Positions 35,601-47,600 of a stretch of 64,000 nucleotides of DNA are shown here, piece by piece (positions within the stretch are counted from its first letter, which is position 1; each line of letters opens with the position of its first letter). Made by a program: the position numbers and the translations under genes. Source of the DNA: Laetmonice hystrix (Eukaryota); NCBI GenBank assembly GCA_965235115.1, contig OZ249436.1, positions 11,534,001 to 11,598,000 of the forward strand. Direction: 5' to 3'. Below the pieces are notes generated by a model. That model was given only the letters and a program-made list of their open reading frames with translations, was not told where the DNA came from and did no database searches.

Positions 35601-38600
35601 CATATATCTGGCATGATACATTTATAAATACATATACTACATGATAACGTGTATAAAAGACGTGTACACTGACCGTGTACTATAGCCAGAGCCAGGATGC
35701 CGCCGGTACTGGTGCCGCCCACCCAGTCGAACAGGTTGCGGATGGGCTGGCCCGTTGCTTTCTCTATGGCGAGCAGAATCTGGATAAGTACCAGTCCTCG
35801 GATACCGCCGCCGTCCAGACATAGTACCTACAGACAGGCTCTCAACATGTGGGCAATAGAATCAACTACACGGGCAACAAATCTCAAATAGAAACTTCTT
35901 CGAGTTTTATGGCACGGTACTAGGTCTGGGGTTTAGATCAGTATAACCGTCGACCTTAACCTGAACGGGACCTACAGGAGGACAGGCGTGGCCAGTGGAT
36001 ACAGTGGATACTATAAGACTTTCCGTACCCTGTCACCTGTCGACCTTAACCTGAACGGGACCTACAGGAGGACAGGCGTGGCCAGTGGATACAGTGGATA
36101 CTATAAGACTTGCCGTACCCTGTCACCTGTCGACCTTAACCTGAACGGGACCTACAGGATGACAGGCGTGGCCAGTGGATACAGTGGATACTATAAGACT
36201 TGCCGTACCCTGTCACCTGTCGACCTTAACCTGAACGGGACCTACAGGAGGACAGGCGTGGCCAGTGGATACAGTGGATACTATAAGACTTGCCGTACCC
36301 TGTCACCTGTCGACCTTAACCTGAACGGGACCTACAGGATGACAGGCGTGGCCAGTGGATACAGTGGATACTATAAGACTTGCCGTACCCTGTCACCTGT
36401 CGACCTTAACCTGAACGGGACCTACAGGAGGACAGGCGTGGCCAGTGGATACAGTGGATACTATAAGACTTGCCGTACCCTGTCACCTGTCGACCTGGAG
36501 GGGAATCCATCCATCGTGTCTCCAGTCATAATTGACGAACCAGACGCACTTGCTGACCTCGTCATTGCCGCAGCCATAGCGACGTCATCAACTATGGCGT
36601 CATACACTGTTATCAACAGAAGAAAGACCGTCTAAGTGATCTTTTCGATGGGGGGGGGGGGGGGGGGGAGGCTTCATGATATCCTAACACCAAATCCATC
36701 AATGAATTAAAAAATACAACAAACCTTTAAATTGTCGCTTTCGGTTATATAAATATGTATTTGAATTACCGAAAGGCATGGTCTGATGTTGATATCAAGG
36801 TATTTATTTTTCCGTCACTCCAAGCGAAAATATAATAAAAATGTAGAAATTTAGAAAATTTAAAAAGATATGCAATAACTTCAATATTGACTACACTTTG
36901 AGACTGGTTGATGGTAACATCTAAACAACTGGGAGGTAGAATTGTGCATCTCATGGCCAAAGGAGGTTGTTATGGACATATGCAGATATAAATGTATGTA
37001 ATTAGTTATCAAATCGATCAGATCTGAGGTGATCTTGTCAGGTTGGGCCCGGCGGGTTCCTGAACAGGATGATTTATGCCTTAGTAATAGATGTGACATA
37101 GATCTTTCATGTTCGCCCACAGTCCTCACATACAACTGTCAATATATACGTGTACATGTAGGTAAATGACACTCAACCTAAGTGGTCACGGTTCACCGAG
37201 TTCGTATCACTCCCCCATGGTAGTGGTAGCATTCATGATATGCTGTCATTCGTCTAAAAATTCCCCTTGGACATTCAGCTCGAGGTTAGCCAAATTCCAC
37301 GAATTTTAGGTCGCTTGAATCTAGATTTTGGTAAAAAGCCAATTGCGCATTTTTCTTTGGACGGGAAATTGAACATAACTGTTGTGAATGTATGTGTGCA
37401 CTTTCACAAGTATGCGATCAGGGACATATGAATGCACTTCAATGTCACCCCTGATGTGTCTGCCCTAAAACCATGCAGTTTACTCCAAAACTAACAAAAT
37501 TAACAATTCCATGCCTGAGAACTTCTCGGCAAGTCATCTCCTCAGGTCAACCGGTCTATTTAACTAGAAGTAGGATCGCCACAACATGGATGAATTATAA
37601 TTACACCAGTGCTAAACTTTCTACAAATAACTTTCTCAGGTTGAAGGCAGATACTAGTTCTATAAATATGGGAAATTAAAGGAATGAGAAAAATAACCAA
37701 GAATTCCAGTGAAGCAGTTATCGTTATTAAGGGTATAATCTCAGATTACTAATCTATAATTCGTGCAAGGTTGATGGAGGGGGCTGAAGGCAAGACTGCT
37801 CATCCAGTAGGCTATAGAGACTTCTAGGACAATTAGTGAGAGAAACTCATTCCTGCAAATAGATGTATCAGGACTCTAAATATTGGGAACATGTTGGAAT
37901 GGGAGGACTTGATTTCTTATTTCTGTAGGTCATATGAAAATATAAAAAAGCAGGTATACAAATAAAAGAACGTTTAAAGAAAGGAAGAAAACGAAATACA
38001 AAACTATTTACAAACGCTGCTCAATGTTAACAAACACAGGCAGAACGTATAAGGTGCAGTGGCCGTGCTGAAAAGATTTCAAATTATTTACTTGCCTTTC
38101 CTGCTGACTGTCAAGTAGTTTAATTAATATTTAACTATCTTAATGTGAATTCATTATTCCCAACGCTTCCTTTCAAAACAGTAATGCTAGAAATAATAAC
38201 ACATAGAAAGGCATAGAAATGAATGTATAAAATATAAAGCCTACCTTATTTTTGACACCGCTTTTTCAAATGCAAAAACATTTAAAAGAAGTTTTCCCTT
38301 TAAAAGTTAATTTTGGCGTTATGAAACGCCAATGTGATATCTTGATTAACATGCTATGACATCAAAAAGTACTAATCTTAGTCTACTTGGTACTGATCTT
38401 AATGTGAATTCATTACTCCCAACGCTTCCTTTTAAAACAGTAATGCTAGAAATAATAACACATAGAAAGGCATAGAAATGAATGTATAAAATATAACTTA
38501 CTTCTAAAGCCTACCTTATTTTTGACACCGCTTTTTCAAATGCAAAAACATTTGAAAGAAATTTTCCCTTTAAAAGTTAATTTTGGCGTTATGAAACGCC

Positions 38601-41600
38601 AATGTGATATCTTGACATCAAAAAGTACTGATCTTAGTCTACTTGGTACTGATCATAAGGCATGATAAATGGCAACTGAACTATCAATAGGGAGGCAAAG
38701 AATATTGAAATAACTACCGGGTTAATTGATGCCAGATTAGTATGATTCATAACCTATACTAATAATAAATCATGCTATCGCAATACCATCTGGAAATATT
38801 CACATGGTTTATATGAACATATTTTTGATACAAGTGTTACGTTTACTTATGTATTAACACTGACCATAACTGTGGAGTAAATCTAACTCTAAAACTTTAA
38901 AACAGTTTTTCTTTTTTGAGGCTGGTGTTCGCATAGCAAAACTCAGTTAGACTTAGGATGTAAATGAAAAGCTCATCTGATAATAAACAAAGCGATTCCA
39001 GCTCGCCTGGAATTTTCAGGAGTTCATGACGAAATCAAATACTATAATGATTACCATATGCTATTGGTATATTGGTTATACATACATATTCCATATCGTA
39101 CATGTCTACGGTTTATAGGCCGGCCAGAGGCGATGTTTGCTGCCAGCGCGTACGTATATATTGGGACATCTATCAATCATGTCATGTCAAAACTTACTTC
39201 TCTTTGGTGACTCCGGAGATGTACTGTGAGCAGGAGTTTGACTGGGAGGACAGCCATTGAAGTCTCCCTCCGGGCTACATCCAGGCAAGCACGTGTCCAG
39301 CCTTGGGGTGCAACGTTCTGCTCCTACACCATGGAGCAGGTGTAACATCGTGTCCCTGCAACATTACACATACATAATGTATCAAACTCAGGGCTGTACG
39401 GCCATTATCGGGACTCTTTCCAGTTTACACAAAAAATACATAATGTATAAAAGTCAGGGCTGTACGGGCATTATCGGGACTCTTTCCAGTTTTGAGAGTT
39501 GTTTTTAAAAAAAATCATCAATCATTCTGTAACTTTTCGTGTAATTGCCGGACTTTTCCCGGAACTGAGCGATTATTTATTAAGAAGAGGCACCAATACT
39601 ATTGAAGAGAAATGTCAATGGACTAGGCTAACTTGCCTGTGTTTACTCTGTATACTATTATAGAGAAATGTCAATGGACTAGGCTAACTTGCCTGTGTTT
39701 ACTCTGTATACTATTATAGAGAAATGTCAATGGACTAGGCTAACTTGCCTGTGTTTACTCTGTATACTATTGAAGAGAAATGTCAATGGACTAGGCTAAC
39801 TTGCCTGTGTTTACTCTGTATACTATTGAAGAGAAATGTCAATGGACTAGGCTAACTTGCCTGTGTTCACTCTGTATACTATTATAGAGAAATGCCATTG
39901 GACTAGGCTAACTTGCCTGTGTTCACTATATATCGAAGAGAAATGCCAATGGACTAGGCTAACTTGCCTGTGTTTACTCTGTATACTATTGAAGAGAAAT
40001 GTCAATGGACTAGGCTAACTTGCCTGTGTTTACTCTGTATACTATTGAAGAGAAATGTCAATGGACTAGGCTAACTTGCCTGTGTTTACTCTGTATACTA
40101 TTGAAGAGAAATGTCAATGGACTAGGCTAACTTGCCTGTGTTCACTCTGTATACTATTATAGAGAAATGCCATTGGACTAGGCTAACTTGCCTGTGTTCA
40201 CTATATATCGAAGAGAAATGCCAATGGACTAGGCTAACTTACCTGTGTTCACTCTGTATACTATTATAGAGAAATGCCAATGGACTAGGCTAACTTGCCT
40301 GTGTTCACTCTGTATACTATTATAGAGAAATGCCAATGGACTAGGCTAACTTGCCTGTGTTCACTCTGTATACTATTATAGAGAAATGCCATTGGACTAG
40401 GCTAACTTGCCTGTGTTCACTCTGTATACTATTATAGAGAAATGCCATTGGACTAGGCTAACTTGCCTGTGTTCACTATATATCGAAGAGAAATGCCAAT
40501 GGACTAGGCTAACTTACCTGTGTTCACTCTGTAACGTGGCAGCCAGATGACGAGGGCTGTGGCCCTCCTCATTACGAGCATTCACATCTGCCCTGAAGAC
40601 AATTAACGCCTGCACCAGATCGACATTGTTCACCTGAATAAATGTACATGTATTTAATAATTACTACCTTCATATGCGAGGCGTCAGCGCATGGACCAGA
40701 CAAGGTCAACACATACATCAGATCCTGCCAAAGGCTCACACATATATCTTGGAAGATCAAACGACAAGTTGGGTCACATACAGATAAACTAAACGAGTTC
40801 TTACTCATACCACGGGTCCTTCGGTTCATTGAAATGTTTTTAAATGAATTTTTCCGCATTCGCATGCATACATGTCATCATCTTGTCAACAATAGCAATA
40901 ACACACACCATAGCAACAGCCGCAACATTAAGGCAAGCATTGGTCCACTGATGCGACTTGGCAGGAAAACTTCTATCCTCTCTTATTTTATTGCCGAACG
41001 GCTAATCATTGTGTTGGTTTCCCACAGCTTGGTATAGTCATCGCCAGATGGCGCTAACAAAACACTCCTCGGTTATTTCTCACTGATTGCTAGTACACAT
41101 GCCCCCACTCAGAGGGAAGCACAGTAGAGCTGGTGTCCCGTCAGCAGGGAGGTCGGGATTTTATTTCCTACGTTAGTTCGGGACCAACGCGAAGCTCACT
41201 GCACTAGGGAATCGGGGGGGGGGGGGGGCAAGGGGCCCGGGCCTCCCTTAAATTTTCATTAAGGGGCCCGGGCCTCCCTTAAATTTTCATTCTCTTTTTT
41301 TTAAGAAGATGCATTATTCGGACCCTGAAACCAGGATTCCAACAAAATTCTTCAAAAAAAAGGGGGGGGGGGGAAGGAAAATTGCCCAGCGTCATGTTGC
41401 TCCTCAGTCATCCAGGAGCAACATAACTCTGGGCCATGCAGCATTGAAATAGACCAAAAGGGACCCAAAATGGATATAATCACAATAAAATCATGGCTAA
41501 AATTTTTTTTAGGTGGGCCCCCCTTACCAAAATCCTGGATCCCCCACTGTCATTGCATATGACAAGTTTTGTAATATAGCTATCTCCCCATCCCTAACTC

Positions 41601-44600
41601 TAACTGAATCTGAAAAAAAAAAGAGGGGGGAAAAACAACAAACAAAAACACAGGGCGGTTCGACATTTAATGGGCAAAGCTTTGGTCCCCAACTAGTGTT
41701 GGAATAAAAATTCTGCGTGCGGGGTGTGGACGACTTCAGCCGAGACGATGACCCCTGCTGACACGCGGCCACGCTCCACATACAGCAATCCGCCCACGGT
41801 CACGCACTCCGCCCTTCATGACAACTCAAGCTATCTCAAGTCAATAGAAAATTGTACAGTCTTTTTTCGAGAAAGAATTTTCTATACATGCTCCAGAGGA
41901 TGCAAAACGCAGGTGACGACGTTTTACATCTTTAATTGAAATTGAACAAATCCCAATGACGATGAAGTGGGTTCCCCGAGATGCTGTAACGTTATGGTCG
42001 CTGGAAAATTCTGCAGAGATATTGCGCACTAACACATTAATATCCCACTTCCCCTTTTCAGGGGAAATGGGATCTTAGAATATTGTAGGTATGGTTTCGT
42101 CTACACGATTAAAGTTGTGTTCGTCGTTGTAGTTAGACAATAGTCGTAAACTTCTCGTTTAGTTTTCAAGATATCGGGATGAAACTTTGAGGGAGAAGTC
42201 ATCATGGCTTGATGTTATCGACATACTAAGTATATAATGGCATATGTCATGTGACACCATGACGTCATGAAGATTTCATGTTTGGTACCACTTGGTACAG
42301 TACCAGGAGAAGCCAGACAAAAATCATTCATGCCATCTTACTTAGCCCTTAGAGGTCTATAATTTTATCACATTCATTTGACCTCTGACCTTTGGCCTTT
42401 GCCAGATCCAGGCCAAAGGTCAAAAAATGATAAATTTGCTACTTCCCGCCCAATTTTTGAAGAATCTTCACCAAATTTGCAGAGGGAATCTCTATGGAAG
42501 GCCTCATGAAGTTACGCCGTTTTAAAGAGATCTGACGTATTTCACTGAGTCACGTGACCTCAAAGTTGTTCAATTTGCCATTTCCCTGCACAGAGGGTGT
42601 ATCTTTGCTATTTTTCAGAAAATCTGGAGGAAACCTAGTGAACACATTCGCCTTGACATGTTTATTAACAAGCTATTTTTCAATTCAATTCAATGGACTT
42701 TATTGCGGACACATCTACATAGTATGAGCTATGTCCAGGATTACGTCAGGTTACGTAACTGAATACTTTATGGAGTTTTTCATCACCTCAAAATAACGAT
42801 AACATGTTTTAGGAAGTGAAGGGGCTCTGTCGTGCAGTGGTTGTTAACATTACATGCAAGACCCTTAACGAGAAGGACACGCATTCGAAATCCTGGTGGA
42901 TGCAGAAAGAGTTTTTTCAGATCAAAAATTCTATCAAATTTTCTATACAAACACAAGATTTAATCATAATGTATGATTTTTACCTACTGACCTAATTAAA
43001 TGAGGTCATCAGAGACAGGTGATGCCTCATGTAGTCAGGGTTCCTGTGCAACACTGGGTTAGACTCATCTAATTAGACCTCATGGTGAACGGATCCATTG
43101 TTGCTATGCAACAATGTGTCTCGTTAATTCCCAAATTACCTTTGTTGGTCAGTGGTGATTTAAAGCTGCATTGTTACGTCATCAGTAAATAATGTGCGGC
43201 AGAATATTTTATCCTTCCCGACAGGTTACTTCCGTCAACGTGAGCGTTTTCAAAATTTAGTTTGATTTGTTGATAAATGAACAAAATATAAATGGTGCTG
43301 GGGATTCCCAAATGCCTTCCGGAAAGGAGTGTAAGGAAGAATTGAATGACTCTTCAAAATTTGGCCAGCAAAACTTCCTCTTTGTTAGTGTATGTCAACT
43401 CAACCGCGCCTTCAAAAAGTGGCCGGCTACAGTGATGGATCAAATACTACTGGAGGACGGCTTCTGTCGACATTTCACACTTTTCTAACAACTTCGTTTT
43501 AACAGCATGCCAATACACAAGACTAACTGAATTCTTCTTTCAAATTATAATTCCACGTATTCATCAGAATAATTATCAGGGAGTATAAATTTTTTAAAAG
43601 ACAAGAAAAAAAAGATTAAATACCCCAATGACATAAGCTACATATCTTTAGAGATTCAACGGACATGCATCAATGCGGTCCGTTCAAGGTCACTTGGGTT
43701 TCATTTAAAATATCACTGCGGAAAGTCCTACACACTGGAGAGTGGCCGTCAGCTGGAGATTTTATCTACCAACCATATACTGCAAGTCCATTTATGTATT
43801 AGGTTGCTATCTTTTTCTCAAATCGACAATATAACATTTGAAAGGGCGTTATCTGGTAGACGTAGCTACGTCTTAGATACGTCTGACCTAACTCAGAGAT
43901 TCGACTACCAGCATTAATGCTATTATCTGCACCATCATTGCAAACCTCATATTGTCAAAAGTACATTACATAAAACGTACTGCTACTGCAAATGACGTGA
44001 ATTTGGCCATGGGACATTTTTCCTCGCTGTCCTTTTTTTCCAGGTCAGTCATTACTTTGGGTGGTGGTGTGCTCCCAATAAAGGTACACAATAGATCTCG
44101 GGTCATGAAACCTACTTTACTAAGGTCAAGTGAACGTGTCTGCATAAAACACTGGTAACTGCAAACCCATGACTTTTCTTGCCCTATTTTAGAAACCTGG
44201 CCACTAAACAGATTTAGAAATAGAGAGACACACAGAGATATACTTGTTTGTTTCGTTAACTTGAAGCCCCAATAAACATCTAAATTGTAGAAAATGCAGG
44301 GTGTTTGGAGACAGGAAGGTTAAATCATTATATCGTGGGCACCGCTCCACCCCTGAAAACGACAGAAAATAAATGAGTATTTCAGGGTTTGAATGAACTG
44401 GATATCTGATGTCCCTTTACTAAATCATGCATGCATGGGGACCTTTCCGATTTATGGAGTTTCAAATGGCTATCTTCTTGAGAGCCCCCCTCCTTTACTT
44501 CCCATCTTACCATGGGTGCTCTCGTTGACCCCTCGACCATGACAAAGTGACCCCAGACCCCCACCCCCACCACATTCCCTTACCACCTAACTGACACACC

Positions 44601-47600
44601 AATATTTCAATATAACTATGGTAGATATCCCACTACCGCGATTTCTTTCATCGCTAAAACCAAACGTTCACCCTCCAGAGGAGAACGGAAGACGCGGGAA
44701 ACCAGCTTCAATGAGATCATTACAACGCCCCTCCCGCACCCCCACCCCCACCCCCACATCACCTTCACCCACCTCATCAACCGGGAAACCATTCCACTCC
44801 CATGATGACTCAGCCTACTGAACAGACATTTATCATGGCTATTTACTACATGTTTTAAGCAATAAAAAGAACATTTTTAAAACCCCGACTCTCACTCATC
44901 CTGGATCGATACTCAACCTCAACTATAGACAAATAGACTGACCAAGGAGACTACACACACGACGTTTTTCACGTAGGAGTATGTGATATCGTCGATAGCA
45001 ATCCGACGACGTGACAAACCAAACGAAATTCAGAGTTAAACAGGAAGACAGGAAGAAACAAAAACTCTGAAATCTTTTACTAGGTGGCGACAATTTAGGA
45101 GTGTTTCTCCTCCTTAACGCCTCACCGCAATATGTTTTCAGGTTACCAAGTCCAAATTTTGATGTCATGGGAGTGGCACATCATTTATACAGGCTCGTAG
45201 AGAGGCTGGGAGAGTCACAATGGAGTCCCATTCAACTTGAAAATATTACGAAAATAGCAATTCTTTCATAAATTTGAATACGTCATCCTTGTATTGGTGG
45301 CCACCATAGACATATGATACAAAGCAAACTATAGTATACCTCCTCTAATTAACCGACTCTGATTAATACATCGTTCATTAAAGATTGCGGACTTTGGTTG
45401 ACTCGTCGAGGTTCGATCCCATTATGTACAATTGATCACGGAATGGGTCGGGCATAGGCGCAGGAGCCGAGGGGGCAGGGAGAAGGCCCCCCCCCCCCCC
45501 CCCACCAATCAAAATTGGAGGTGGGGGCCAAAGTATCTTTCCGCCCCCTCCCCAACACCATGCTCCTTATCGAGGCCTACCTATATAGGACGGCCACAGC
45601 ACATATAATGATTTAACCTTCATTCATTTCAGTCAGAATTTGATCTCCAGATGCCGGAAAATACCGTTTTGGGCCTTCTAATTTAAAAAAATTTCGGGGG
45701 AAGCTCAATTGGACCTGTGGAGGTCCCTTACTGCCAACCCCCAACCCAACTCAACCTATGTTTTAGTCACATACATCACGATGGAGATTGTGATAATGGA
45801 GGAACAAAAAAATGTCCCATAACCGGTATTAGTGTCAACACGTGAAAACTGCAAGGTCCTTGCCGTCGGTGGCGCCCACTTGTCCCGATTGTAGACGGGG
45901 CCCGTATTCGGGGTTGTTCTGCTGTCATGAATGACGTGAAATAAGACTGCCCTATCTGATCGGGACCGTAAGCAGTGGAGGGTGGACGGTAGTAAGGGTG
46001 AACCCCATCATAAAGTCGCAATGAGACCGCAGGGCAGAGAGCACACTCACCCCAACCCCCTGCCTACCAGCACCACTTAGAATCTTCTTGAACGTACAGC
46101 TGGCCTTTTGATTAATCTCATCTGGCAACATCTCTGTCAGGCTATGCTAACAGACACCTCAGAACTTGTCATGCATAAAAGGTCATGCCCAAACCTGATG
46201 GATGTGTACAAAGTACATCGCTTTCCATCTTCTCGTGCTCCGCATAATTTCTTTTGGTAAGCAATTATTTCTACGTCGCAACCACAGTACCTGGAGTTAG
46301 TTTTACAAGACTTTACAATGGTCACTTTCGGTTCCTCGACATCATCCCGACTTTCACTCCAATTTTCTAGTTTAATATTTTTTCCTTTCAATTTGGTTAC
46401 CCGTCATCTTACACGCTTCCCTTTTCTTTACTTGTATTTGGACTTTTCTGTGTGTGGTGTTCTACAAAATCTCCAACGTTTGAGTTTTGTCAATATTTGG
46501 GTACATCTTCCTTTCTCACAATAGCATTACTAATACAACAAGCTTGTGAAGCTTATAGCCCCCACCACGAACTATGAATTCTTGAAAAAACGATGCACGA
46601 CTTCAATTGATCTTTGAAGGGCAAAGGAAATATTGTCAAATGAAACTTTGTAAACTTAGTAAAGTTCTATGCAGTTGTATGTACAGCTTGATGGCGATAT
46701 CCGGCGTAAAGATGCATGTCTCTGCAATAACTATACAGTTATGTACAGTTTGATAGTGTTATCCGACATGAAGTGTTTTGTAGATATGCTTGACCTCGAT
46801 TGACCTTTAGAGGTCAGTTATGTACAGTTTGATAGCGTTGTCTGGCGTGAACCAACTGAGTAGGGACAAATTATCTGTGGGTCCGGGGACTATACGTACT
46901 TTTCGCACGCTTGTTGCCCCTCATGCATTCTGTCAGAAAGAACGAAATCCAGAAAATGGCAGAGTTATTGCTTCGAACTTCTTTAAATCCAAGATGGCCA
47001 CCAAGCCATATATTTGGCCTGTGTCCTCCTTAGACTGTCCCTGGTTATTATGTAATGTTTCATGCAAGATTAGATGTTGTTATTTTCAACTGGTATGGAG
47101 GTACAGGCCATTAAAATATGCATGACCTTGATTGACCTTTCAAGGTCGCTCAAGGTCATGGAAAATGACGCCAAATGAAACTTCATATATGACTTCCTAT
47201 CTATCAATAATAATAACTGTTGCCTTATCTTGCACCGTTTTCGAGATATGAGCCAAAACAGTGTTATGGGGGGGAGAGTAAAATATTAATATGGCCGCCA
47301 TGTCGCAATATTTGCTCTGATCTGGCAATACATTAGCATATACATTACCCCTCATATACACCTTCTTTCCACCAAATTTGAAAGAAATCGGGATCGTTTT
47401 GTCCGAGTTATTGCTCCAAATGTGTTTACATCCAAGATGGCCACCACGCGGCCATTTTGACCTGCCTCATCCGTGGACTGTCCCGGATCATGATGTAATG
47501 TTTCATGCAAGATTATGTCGTTATCTTTAACTGTTTTGAAGATCCAGGCTATTGCAAATATGCATGACCTTGATTGACCTTTCAAGGTCGCTCAAGGTCA

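Noticed and set aside
35988..36635. 215-aa plus-strand ORF with a 30-aa repeat
   Set aside because: By-product of the 90-bp array read antisense to PLA2G6; starts at GTG and has no recognisable domain.
28830..40533. Regularly spaced repeats as a CRISPR array
   Set aside because: Units are head-to-tail with no unique spacers, there are no cas genes, and the context is eukaryotic.
42820..42905. tRNA gene
   Set aside because: Only degenerate A/B boxes and no consistent cloverleaf; treated as a SINE relic.
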